From: Marsupella aquatica
Taxonomy: Eukaryota; Plantae; Marchantiophyta
Length of the DNA stretch: 64,000 bases
Direction: 5' to 3'
Assembly (NCBI GenBank): GCA_973895155.1
Contig: OZ316896.1
Span: forward strand, 16,976,754-17,040,753
Shown piece by piece: positions 37,471 through 49,763 of this stretch. The notes beneath the pieces were generated by a model, which saw nothing but the letters and a program-made list of their open reading frames with translations, was not told where the DNA came from and searched no databases. The translations under genes and the position numbers were made by a program. The stretch's first letter is position 1. Each line of letters opens with the position of its first letter.

Positions 37471-40400
37471 GAGGGATATGCTCAATAGACCCCCTCCAGG
37501 ATAAATTTTACTTGATCAGCCCCCTCCAAACTTTTTTGCCTCAATCAGCCCCCTCATTATGGCCAGTACCCTTTTCCCCCGTGTAAGGCCATATTGCACA
37601 GTTTTCAGCCTTACTCTGTGACTTTTCACAGTCCCCATTCAACCACGCAGTAATCAGGCAAAAATCATAGTGACCGTGCTAAGGTCGATTAGCAACGGGA
37701 CCTCGTAATTATGTCCATGCTCGATAACAACTACACTCAACTTTCCACGAGGTGCACGGCGCACGCACCTGCCACCATAGAGTGTACAGGAAAACAAGGT
37801 ACTACTGTCTGGGCATGAAGTATTTAGGTGCACCTGTTGTGGGGAAGTATTTTGTAGCAATGAGCTCTTGACTTAGTTTAGACCAGAGTGGTAACAAGTT
37901 CAAATTTAATAGCTCACAGGAAGTAGCAATTGCAATTTTGCTTCAGTTGCAGACATTGAAGTCTACAATAGCATTGTACTCCAACAATTTTGAGATGTTA
38001 TACAAATTTTGAAATTGTTTTGCAGTTCTCATGTGCATCTTGTGTGAAACCACTAGTGTTGGCCATTTACCCCCGCTCAAATTGCTTCTTGAAGCATAAT
38101 ATCCTGTCGTTGGAAAAATTGCTAAGTGTGGTGCGAAGACAATGTGGAGGATGTCTTCCAAAACCCACAACATCGGCCATTTACCCCTGCTCAAATGGCT
38201 TCTTGAAGCAGAATATCATGTCATTGGAAAAATTGCTAAGTGTGGTGCGAAGACAATGTGGATGATGTCTTCCAAAACTGAAGGTGAAACCACTAGTGTT
38301 GGCCATTTACCCCCGCTCCAATTGCTTCTTGAAGCAGAATATCCTATCGTTGGAAAAATTGCTAAGTGTGGTGCGAAGACAATGTGGACAATGTCTTCCA
38401 AAACCCACAACATCGGCTCTTTACCCATGCTCAAATGGCTTCTTGAAGCATAATATCTTGTCGTTGGAAAAATTGCTAAGTGTGGTGCGAAGACAATGTG
38501 GACAATGTCTTCCAAAACCCACAACATTGGCCATTTACCCATGCTCAAATGGCTTCTTGAAGCATAATATCCTGTCGTTGGAAAAATTGCTAAGTGTGGT
38601 GCAAAGACAATGTGGACGATGTCTTCCAAAACTGAAGGTGCAAACTGAAGGTAGTCTCCAGCAGAATGAATAACTATTATACATCAGAACATAGTGAATG
38701 CAGCTTGCTTTTTATTCATAAATGTTTCCAGTACAAGTTGCAAGTCGAGTTGTGACCTTGCAGTCTAGATGTATCATGGGCCTCCTTGCCTTCCAATGAA
38801 GCTACATTGTATCTGAAGCTACCTCAAGCTACATTGCATCTGAAGACCACTGAAGCTACCACAAAAATGGCGTAGTACCACACGGGAAGGGTGTCCATGC
38901 TCAGTCATCATACTGGGAAGGGTGCGGGAGTTGGTCAATAGCCTCCCTGAATGTATCTTGTGAAGCAGTCATTTGGGAGTCGTCATGCAAAAGTTGTGAT
39001 GGCCCAAATGTGTCTCCTTAATGGAAGCAGAGTGGTCCATATACTCATGCCCACAACTTCAACATATCCCTATCGTGAAGTCCACTTTGCCTAGAGCTTG
39101 CAGGCAACCACAAAATCATGAGAGGAAACTTCATTCACAAATTCAAGGATAGGATTCAACTGCCAAATGGAAATAGTCCCTGCACTGTTATCCACGTAAT
39201 ATTGAAACTATGCAGTGCCGGAACCAGAAGACATGGATGTGATGGTGATCAAAAATTGCAGAATGCAAGAGACATTTAGGTAATGGTACTCTGCACATCA
39301 ACACGATGCAAAAAAATGCAGGAAACAGTATCTTGGGCTACATTGACAGACAATCCTCCTCTGGAAGAACAACAGAGGGAGATACTCTCACCAAAACAAA
39401 ACAACCCATCAATGTTTGCAACAAGAGCACAACAAGAGGCAATTCTGATGCTCGGGGGGTTGACTATAAAAATTTTTAGGAACCACGTGCGATCCAAAAT
39501 ATATATTTTTGCTAGAAATTAACTAAATTTTTAAAAAGCGTAGGAGGCAAAAGAAGGTATTATAAACTTATGTTTATAGAATATTCTCTAATATATACCT
39601 TTTATAAAGTAAAATATGTTATTAATATTGAAAATGGAAATTTTTCTTGGAAATTTTTTTTTATAAAATAGGTCTATTTATATTACGCTAGGATCGCACG
39701 TGGTACCCCAAAATATACACTTAGTTAACCCTCCGAGTTCTAATGATAGCTGGACCAAAGCAAGAAGAGAACAGGTTCAGATATAAGCAAAACTAGAACA
39801 CACGGATGTCTTGGTATTCAAACAGGGCAGCAGAACTCGAAGACATTCATGTCATGATATTCAAAACATGCACAACATTCAAACGCACAACATTCAAACG
39901 CACAACATTCAAACTTGTCGACATGTAGACCACGTTTGTAAAATTCAGGATGCAATGCACGTCATGAAGCATTCAAAAAGAACTTCTTCAACACTTTGCA
40001 AACAATGGGGCTATAAGATTTATATTTAGGCAAAAAGAGCTGAAATCATACCTAGTGCTTCGACCAAGAAACAAAGACAGGCGGGTTCAAGTGGGATGCA
40101 GATTAATCCCTGTCGTGAAGTCCACTTTGCCTAAAGCTCGTAGGCAACCACAAAATCCTGAGAGGAAACTGAAGCCCAAGCTGAAGCCACAAATTCAAGA
40201 ATAGGATTGAACTCCCAAATGCATCCTAGCCCTACATTGTTATCCACGTATTCAAACTATGCAGCAGAACTGGAGGACATGGATTTCATGGTGACCAAAA
40301 TGCATAAGAACAAGGAGACTCTGCAAATGATCTGAACTAATCTGAACAATGCAAATCTGAACAATGCAGAAGAACTTACGACCAGATGGATAAGATAATG

Positions 40401-41120
40401 CAAGAGACGTCATTCATGTTATGGTATGCAGGATTAAATAGTTTCTTGGGCTACATTGGCGGGCGGACAATCCTCCCGTGGAATTGAAGAACAGCAAAGG
40501 GAGACACTCTCAACAAACCAAAACAACCCACCAACAATCTGGCAGGCGCTGCAATGTGAAAGAAATCTCGGAGAATGGGGTGAATGAACACTACTCGATC
40601 CTAGCAGTGGGCCGCGACTCAGACCTCAAGCTCTCCTTTGGCATCGATCAATGCAATGTGCACACGATCAAAGCATGAACCTCCCCAAAATGGCCAGCCG
40701 CCAGCAGCAAACGACGCCTCATCTCCATGAACGATGCCTCAGTCCCCTCTGTAAAACAACGGAAAATGTCGATCCCACCCTCGACAAATGACTCGCGCTT
40801 GACCCTAAACCGCGCCCCGACAATGTGCGCCCTAAAACAGAAATTTTGTTGAATACATAAACCACAATGTATTCACACTCATAAGGGACCATAGTGCGAG
40901 AACACAAAACCGCGTAATTGCGGCCCTACTATAGCGGAGTTGCATGGTCGACTACGGGAGGCGACCCTGCGTGGTGGCATGGCTGAAAACTGTGCAGTAT
41001 GGCCTTACACGGGGGAAAGGGGTACGGGCCATAATGAGGGCGCTGATTGGGGCAAAAAAGTTTGGAGGGGGCTGATCAAGTAAAGTTTCTCATGGAGGGG
41101 GTCTATTGAGCATATCCCTC
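37471..41120. mobile_element. Non-autonomous Mutator-like element (MULE)
   Basis: About 140-bp TIRs (37471-37610, 40981-41120) starting GAGGGATATGCTCAATAGACCCCC; 10-bp TSD TATCTTTCCT (37461-37470, 41121-41130); no transposase ORF. Confidence 0.95.
38046..38640. repeat. Tandem array, about 114-125-bp unit x5, inside the MULE
   Basis: ggccatttaccc..gctc.aat.gcttcttgaagca...ttggaaaaattgctaagtgtggtgcgaagacaatgtgg at about 38061, 38176, 38301, 38415 and 38529. Confidence 0.95.
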
Positions 41121-41320
41121 TATCTTTCCTGGTCATTATGTGACATGTATTTTTATCTGGCATGTGCTGTATTTTTCATACTCAATCCTATTTAATACTA
41201 TGCGATAATCATTTACACATCAACACAAGACAAAAAAAAAGTACTCCAGGATTTAACATACTATATCACCAAGGCCTGGTCGACATCGAATATATGTCAT
41301 GCCAAGTGTTTATATCAAAA

Positions 41321-41833
41321 CTAGCCCCATGCCCGTGCATTGCACGAAAGATTTTGAGGTGAGTCAGGGCAAGATGTCGAGGAGAGGGCAAGATTTTACG
41401 GTGATGGCAAGATGTCGAGGAGAGGGCAAGATGTCGAGGTGAGGGCAAGTTTTTGAGGTGAGGGCATGATGTTGAGGAGAGGGCAAGATGTTGAGGTGAG
41501 GGCAAGACGTCAAGGAGAGGGCAAGATGTGGAGGTGAGGGCAAGATTCAAAGTGAGGCAAACATGGTATCTCGCATATCACTTGCAGTTGGCAAGTTGTG
41601 GAGGCGACACAAAGTAGTAATCATGGTGGCATTGAGGCAAGGGAGCGAGGCGAGCGAGCGAGGGATGGGATTGTCGGGCATGGGAGGCCTCGTGAGGGAG
41701 GCCGGTTAAGCAATCAAGCGGTTACTGAAATTTTCCCAAACGATCAAACGGCCCTGAATGATTCCCACTCATAATACAATTCATAACAGGACGAAGGATA
41801 AAAAATGGTGCCATTGTCTATGATAGTTGTAGA
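41321..41833 (-). mobile_element. Short non-autonomous Helitron
   Basis: Minus strand A|TCTACAACTATC...CGTGCAATGCACGGG...CTAG|T; internal 19-bp gagggcaagatgtcgag repeats at 41355-41550. Confidence 0.72.
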
Positions 41834-42859
41834 TGGACGATTTTTCGCGAGATAGAGTATAGTGTTGTCATTTCAATTGTGACATCCATGTAATCATGTT
41901 ATGGTTGTAAAAGTGTCATTTAGATGCATGGTTGTTGGTGCAACAATGCAGGGTTCTCATTTTAGTCAATGTTGTTCTTGTGAACATGATGTTGTTGAGT
42001 ATGGCAAGGCCAAAGAGAGCTTGGGGGGGTTACTCCATGCTATATGGAAGGATGACATATATTGAACCTTTTTCCCCCTATTTGCCCTGTCCCGCCCTTG
42101 GGGGTCTCACTATATGGATGCCTCCCCATCAACTGCGACGTCTTTAGGCCTCGGACCCCCTAAAATGTAAGAAAATTTTTATTTTATTGACCCCTATAAA
42201 GTTGGAATATTCTCAAAAAATTCCAAAAAATTGATTATAAAGACCCTAATGTTCTTATAAGTCCCAAAATTGGAGTTAAAAGACCCTATTGTTCTTCTCA
42301 GAAAATTCTTAAGTCTTCCCTTCAAACCAATAAAATGACCCTATACTTCGTTGCACGTGATATGTCATTTTTGTGGAAGTGAAATCCCCGAGGTCCCGCC
42401 CCCCTCCACTGCCTCCATCCCTCTACCTTGCCCTTTTCCTTCCCTCGTCCAATATCATTAAAAAAAGATAAGACAATTGCAAATTGGGAAGAAAAGATAA
42501 CATTAACCTAAGAAAATAAAACAACAACAAAAACTAAAAACTCCTTTCTCAAGAGCAAAGAGCCAAAACCTTTCTCAGGCTCACCACTTCCCCTTTAGTG
42601 ACTCCATTCCAAAAACCTGTTTCTCTTTTAATGTTTCTCCCTTTAATGCTCTTTGCCAAAAAGTTTTATATGCTTTGGCTATACAATGTACCCTAGTACA
42701 TATATTATAGCTGGTAGCCTTATTGTAAGTGCAATATATTGGGTACCCATTTGAGTCATGCAAGAGTCTCAAATACCCCTGACAGAGGCGAAGGTACAAA
42801 GTGACCGTGAGCCAGGAGGTGAGGGGAAGATGCATGGGAGGCATTTCATAGAGCTTTAT

Positions 42860-43328
42860 TACTGGCCCAAGGCCCTATGAGGGCTCGTAAAGGGCTTGTG
42901 GCATTTAAGAATGGTTTGGCGCAAGGCCCTATGCAGGCTGATGGTGGCTTGTGGGTTTTGGGTACCGTGCCCAGAATGGCGCCTATGCAGGCCTAGTAAA
43001 GGACTTAGGGAGGGCTTGTGGTATTTACAAATGGCCTTGTGTGAGGCCAGGGCTTATGAAGGCTTGTGGCATTTTGGAACCCGTGCGTAGCAGGGCGACC
43101 GTGAGTGCATGGCAGGGCAGCAGTGGTCAAGGTGGTGGCCATGGGCAGCAGAGTGACAGGTGCAGCCAAGGTCAGGCTTGTGGGCAGGGGAGCACATTTT
43201 TCCCTATCCAACGCTCAGGAAAAAGTCTGAAAAAGTCTAACGGTCACAAATGAATCCCGCGCAAATAGCATTTCATAAACGGACGATGGACGAAAACTGG
43301 CGGGATCACCTATTATAGTGTTTGATAG
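42860..43328 (-). mobile_element. Helitron-related 5' fragment with degenerate about 50-bp repeats
   Basis: 43210-43328 resembles the 5' region of the 41321-41833 element; ggcttgtggcattt repeats at 42860-43080. Confidence 0.45.
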
Positions 43329-43630
43329 TGGTGGCATAATGGCACTTCCAGGGACTTGTCTCTCTAAATACATGATGATATAGGAGGAAGCCACTAAACC
43401 AAACAAAATGATAATATTGATTTTATTAGAAACCCAAACTTATATATGAGGGAAATTGAAACCCAAATATAACTTTCTATCTTCCAAAATGACAGCGATG
43501 ATGACAACCAAAATTTGCAGTGAATTTCTTTTTGGTAACCAGAAGGGTGGCAAAGAGTGGAAGTGTAAAGAATATCACTTCCACGCTAAAGAATTGGTTG
43601 GAAGAGAATAACATGGCAAGTATTCCCAAA

Positions 43631-43965
43631 TGTTAGGGTTTTGACTCAACCTTGGCTAGGTTAACTAGAGTAAGTTAACCGGAGTTAACATTAGTTAACT
43701 AGACTCTTCATGAAGGGATAACCCTTGTATCCCATGGAGAGCGAGCACTTAGTGGAGAACTTTGTGTGAGAGAGATAGAGAGAACTTGGACCATGGAGCA
43801 ATGGTGATATGTACTTTTTGTGATCATAGTGAAGCTCTTGGTGCGACCGTGGATGCAGCCCTGATGGAGTGAACCATGTATCTTTGTGTCAGTGTGCTCG
43901 AGTGTTATATGAGTGATGATTATGAGATGTCATGCTATCCGTTTTGATCCTATGTCAATATGTCA
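43631..43965 (+). mobile_element. Solo LTR (copia-type, third variant)
   Basis: TGTTAG...TGTCA, TSD CCAAA on both sides; shares aagctcttg, ccgtgga and gtgaacca.gtatct with the 1447 LTR. Confidence 0.88.
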
Positions 43966-44322
43966 CCAAATACATATAATAAATGATGGCCTCCCTAGAA
44001 GCTGTCCTCTTTTCTGTTTCGGCGGCTGTGCTGCTTGCTTTGCCTTATCCATGGTGTTTTTATGGAATTAATAAGTATATACACAAATTCCAAAAGAATT
44101 AAATATCCAGGAAAGTGTGTAATTGGAGCAAAAATACAGGTTTGATGGAGAGTAGGCCATGAAAGAGCAATAAAGGGATCACCACTGAAGGAGAGGGAAT
44201 ACTAGTTCACTCTTTTGTGACCAAATGGTCATTTACCTGCTTATTGAAGGAAGTCCATTAAGATTTCTCTGAAAACAAAGCTCCTAAGGATCACAACTTT
44301 TGACAAACAACTAGCTTGGATG

Positions 44323-44586
44323 TGCAAGAAATTGTCAGCTCATACTAGACAACAAATGCGGAACATGAGAGAGACACATTACACCGACGAGACACCACGA
44401 GCACAGCATGTGAGACTACATGTGAAGAATGAGGGAGATAATGTTCTCCCTCCAACCTATACCCTTCAAGGGGGACTGAGATGTGTGGGCCTAAATAAAT
44501 GGATCTTATCCTAATCTAACCAAGGGTCAACTAACCCTAATAAGGCCAAACTAACTAAAGCCGGGAACTTGAGTCAATTCCTACCA
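44323..44586 (-). mobile_element. Solo LTR of the second family
   Basis: TG...CA ends, TSD GGATG (44318-44322, 44587-44591); homolog at 25444-25756. Confidence 0.88.
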
Positions 44587-45404
44587 GGATGTACCATTGC
44601 AACCTGGACTAACTCTTTCAAATGTTTCTAAACCCTTGAAATGTGCTAATCTTGGCCGTTGACAGTCCTTGGATTAGTGAAAGGACTGGAGACTTTTTTG
44701 TCTCCTTTGGTAGTCCTCAATCTTGCAATGCACCAATAGTGACCTTTCCTCTTTTGGGTCCCAAATGTAATAGGTTTATGTACGTTGCAAGGTCAATAAT
44801 GTGGCCCATTTGAATATCAGCTCTGACCTCACTGGAAGCTGGGCTGGGTTTAGGGTACTCATAGGCTTCGATCAGCTGGCCAAAGGACTATCCTGGAGCC
44901 TCTACATACAAGCCCGGAGTCCTCATTTATTTTCTTCCAACCCATCACGCGCGAATAAGTATTGGGTTTTTTATTGGGTTTAGTGAAAGACTTTTAAATA
45001 TTGTTGAAGAACATTAAGGTTGTTTTAATCCAGTTTTGAGAATTATAAGAATCATAGGATTTTTTAATTAAACTAGGGGTGAAAACTCAAAAAATATTTA
45101 TTGACTTAAATTTTAGGGTGTTTATTCACTCAAAACTTAGTGCGTGATATGAGACACCCCTTGGATTGAGCATAATGATTGGAAGTGAGTAAGAGGTGCA
45201 AGGTAGGTTTCCTGTTTACATATTAATAGGCAACATTGGCTCTTAGAGTTGACCCCTTTATAGTGGTACCTGTGGTTTAGGACAACCAACACCTGTTGGG
45301 AACTTTGACCTAGGATCAAGGGTATTTTCTAAGTGCAAATTATAATTAGTCAAATTTGTTGCTCACTAATAAGTATTCACCACTTTGGCCAAAATGAGAA
45401 TTTG

Positions 45405-45690
45405 GCTTAGGTCATTTGGCCAGGGGATTTAGTAGCCTTGAATAGAGAAGGTCCCAGGTTCAATCCCCATCCACATGTAACGGTGTGGAGGGTATGTGTG
45501 TGTGTGGGGGGGAGGGGGGGTGGGGTGGGGGTGTCTTGGTGGGAGTAGTGGTGTGTCTTTGGCCCATGGCTGATTTGCTTTGCGGACATGGTTTAACCCT
45601 CTCTCCCTTGTGGCACAGGTCCTTGTCGAATCCCTGGGTATTTTCCCTTTGTGCCTACCCAGTGAGGTATATGCTCTAAGGGTCGCTCTA
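45405..45690 (+). mobile_element. Possible tRNA-derived SINE-like element
   Basis: A-box-like TGGCCAGGGG and B-box-like GGTTCAATCCC (about 45457); no cloverleaf or TSD seen. Confidence 0.25.
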
Positions 45691-48600
45691 CAAGAATTTG
45701 GGGCAATTTCTATTTTTTGTCTGGTCTCCAAGATGTGATCAGGGCCATCCATTGGGGAGATACAGCTACATTGTTCACTGTAATTAGTGGTACTTGCACT
45801 AGTTTGAGAGCCCCAATTAATTTTCAGGTTGTGAGATAGTGTTAACTAGTCCCGCTAATTTTGTCATGACACTATTTCCAGGCACATGAATTAGTGTTAC
45901 TATGGTTTCAAGAGTGGAAAATGAAGGGAAAACACCTTTTGAAAAAGCCACAAGAATTGGATATTGGACTATATGAGTAGTCCACCCCCATTTTTATTAG
46001 CAATTTAAACAAAAGTGAAAAAAGTCCGTGTAGCTAGAATCATGGATTTTGAGGCCAAGTAGAATCAAATTGTTAGTAACACTAATTTGTAGTAATGCTA
46101 ATTCTTGCATAACACTAATTTCCTAGGTGTTCGCTTTACATAACATATATAGGAGGGAGTTTCTTTCTAAACTGTTCACAATCCTACATGGAATGGAGTG
46201 GGGCCCAAGTTTTCTTTATGTGGAGATTTTGTCCCAGATTTTAGACCAGAGGTCTCTTCATCTGGCTGCTTGGACCATTTCTATTTGAGTCTCTTACATT
46301 AAAAGTGGACTCATATACTCCTCATCCTGAAGATGTTCTCTTGTCCTAGCAAGAAGGACTCTAGCCAAACTTTTCTCCTAGCCTATTATTCTAGCACCAT
46401 TAGTTGCAAGTCGCTTCACAAGACACTAGCCTGATTTACCCATTCCTTGAATGAAAACAGAGACGAGACAAATAAAACATTGCCTAAAAAATTCCTCATG
46501 ATTCCCAGTCATGCTTGCCCCATACTTGCTTTATGTACTCATTTTCAGTTATACTCTGTGAGTCAAGGTCTAGAGCCTTCACTCTAGACAATAGCCCTTG
46601 AAGAGTAGGTGTCCATCTGACTTTACTAGTAAGATTGGGGGCCATAATGATTCCAAACTCTGTTTTAGCTCCCGTACACTATTTTGAGTACATTAAATAG
46701 CTGATAGATTAGCGTTGGTAAGGAACCATTCAAATTGCGAGGCATATGCTTGATGGAGCCGCAAAACAAAAAGTGGCACTTGATGGACCCCACTAAAGAT
46801 CCAGACCGTCCATAGACCTTGCTAGACTGTAAATCAATGTATCCAAAACCTCTTGGCATGGGTTGGGGAGAAAAAAATGATTTTGGGGTCCCTCAGGCAT
46901 ATACCTCCTCAAACTGCCCCCAAGGTCTTATAAAGCCACTATAAAGTAGATAGTCTATCCTAAGTTGGATGGGTAAGTTGTGAGTTTTTCAAGGGAAACA
47001 AAACGACAGAACAGCTTTACAAAATAATAATAAGTTACCAGGAACCTTCCAGACTTCTTCAAAAATGCATCACGATTCTGTACCAGATGTCCAGATTCAG
47101 TGTGCCTTTGATCGAATTGTGATTCTCTCTGTCTGCCTGACCGCGGTCAGCAATGAAGGATGTACACACGCAGCAAAATGCCCACAACAATAAATTGGGG
47201 CAAACCATTACAGAATGTACTGTATATACCGGAACCTTTGTTATTATTGATATCCTGTAGGGTAAAGCGTTTCACGGTATTCTCCAATCTCTGTCAAACG
47301 TTTCGCTCCCTCCGAGCCTAAATGTACCGTCCGGTTATCCCGATCGTGATCCACTACAGTGGTACCCATGCTGCTCTCTACCGGGCCTACCTTGAGCTGG
47401 GGAATGTCCTAGGGAGTCCATACTAGTGTCTTTTGCAAGGTTTTGTTTGTTTAAATAACAATCCGGTGTGTGCACTAAACTCGGGTTTGCACTCATTCCA
47501 TAGTGCAAACTCATATAATTGTGCATTTATTGATAAGAGTGCACCTTCCATGAGTGAAGTGTTGTGACTCACGACCCAAATTGTACATTCCTGCCCTAAA
47601 TTCAGTGCCCTACTCATAACTGCATGTTTCACTCTACTGAAAGGGCTTGCACCATCAGTAAATGCAATTTTATGGATTGTGCCCTTACCAATGAGTATAC
47701 ACATACACTTATCAATAATTTGCACTCATAAGTTGTAGTTTGGCAGAAATATGTCAGGTCTGCTTGTACTTACAAAGGTGCAAAAAAGGGCAAACTCCAT
47801 GAATGAGAAAAGGGAAGAACAAGACACCATGCAGTTAGAAAATTTTGCACTTATGGATTTTGCACTTGGAGAGAGCCGACTCTAGAGTATTGTTGGTAAT
47901 GAATGTTGGCAAAGATGGACAGGAAATTAGTAAGGAATTGTTATCTCATCAGGTTTTTTTAAAGTTCAAGGAAGGCTAGTTTCTTTAATTGTATTCACGC
48001 AGGCAATTGCTGGCAATTTACGATCAGTGGTAGAGTAGATTTGTAAACTACCTTCCGGTAGTGCCAACCGTACCAGGAGTAGACTGGTGAAGAGAAAACA
48101 TTGATACCCTAACATTTTGCTCAATGGATCATAGTTTTGCCTTGAAAAGTCATTTTGAATTCCATCCAAAAGACAACATACAACAGGGTAGCCCAAAGGG
48201 CAACAACAAGGGTGACCAGAGATCCGAAGTGCAAAACTTGACGGGGGACTGGCACCAGGACAGACGACAGGCTTTCCAAAGAGAAGACAGCAAAACAAGA
48301 AATTTAACTACTACAGCGACAGGAGAAACACACCCCACATGACTGGCCAATGCTCATGTACCTGCAAGGTGTACCATTCCATGGTTTAGTGATAGAGCTA
48401 CTTTATTATCGATGAGGGCTGGAGTGAGGTATCTAATCTTGTGAGACAAGCTGAGTTCATGGTGGGCAGGGTGGGACCCGTGGTACCTGCAATCTGTCCA
48501 CATGAATTGCAATGGATCACATTAGAATTCTGAACTTGGATACTTGGAGAATTCTATACCAGTTCTTCTTGGATCACAATGGCAATCCAACACTTAAATT

Positions 48601-48924
48601 GTCCACTGCAGGATTGTCATCTACAACTATAATAAAAGATCTCCCATTTTTTTTGTCTTTTGTCCCAATACAAAAGAGCGCCTGGGCGAGAAAGATCCAC
48701 AACTGTTGGATTTGTTTGGCAGTTTTCCCTGATCATTGATAGAGTAAATAGACACCCGAGGCACATATGTGCTTCTCATGCTGCCCCATAAATGTCATGG
48801 CCCCACTCTATGGGCAGGTCTTCCTTGTAATGCAACCCATGGACATAGGGCTCCTTGTGATATAATAGAAATGTCCGAGAACCTAATCATGTGCAGAGTT
48901 CATGTGAGGAGAGGAGCCTACCGT

Positions 48925-49335
48925 GGAGAGCCCCGAAGTTCCGCCCCTGACAGTGACGACGTGTTTCGCCCCCTGCTTTTATACTGCCCCAAAGTTCCGC
49001 CATCGAAACAGGTGACGGCCCTGAAAGTCACGGCCCCGAAAGTCACGGCCCTTTTTACAGTGTACTTCACTATTCGCCCCCTGCTTCTTTTACGGCCCTG
49101 AAGCTCCGCCCCTCAAAGTCACGCAGTCATGGACTTCACGATTCGCCCCCTGCTTCTTTTAAGGCCCCGAAGCTCCGCCCTCGAAAAAGGTTACGCCCCT
49201 GAAAAATCAAGCTCCTTCCACAGTAAGTGACTTCGTGGTTCGCCCCCTGATTCTGTTACGGCCCCGAAATTCTGCCCCGGAACAGGTTACGCCCCTGGAA
49301 ATTGACGCCCCTTCCACAGTAAGAGACTTCGCGAT
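48925..49335. repeat. GC-rich degenerate tandem repeats upstream of the 49764 gene
   Basis: ttcgccccctgcttcttttacggccc.gaag.tccgccc recurs at about 48965, 49073, 49142 and 49239. Confidence 0.85.
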
Positions 49336-49763
49336 TACTGTGTGTGTGGGACGAGGAGCTCAAAAATTGGGTGACATGCTTGGATGGAGTTTCGCACAAC
49401 TCCATCGCACGACATAGATCAAATTGAAGGAATCCTCGATTTCTTAGCTTGAGTTGTTCCAGCTGAGATGGGTCAGAGTAGCTCGCAGAATCGAAAGTGA
49501 GAAACTGCAGTTCTCGCTCTACAAAATACTGCCTGAAGGTTCTCTTCTCACCTTTGTTGTAATAAGTTGCTTCTTCTACTTCTTGTTCGTCTTCCTCGTC
49601 TTCGTCTTGGTTTCTGCGGCAATTTCTCCTCAGTAGAGAACGATCTGTACCTTGCAGTAGGATGCTCACTTCTCCAGTTAGTTGCCGTTTCAGGATGGAT
49701 GTTTGCCTTCCGGCGTGGTTGACAGCAGAATTCGTTAAGTGAGCTGAGCTCCGAGGTCTAGCT

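Noticed and set aside
38046-38640. CRISPR-like appearance of the tandem arrays (also 50553-51525 and 52007-52425)
   Set aside because: Units repeat in full with no unique spacers, there are no cas genes, and the context is eukaryotic with spliced genes.
45440-45480. tRNA gene suggested by GGTTCAATCCC
   Set aside because: No acceptor stem or cloverleaf; at most a SINE-like remnant.
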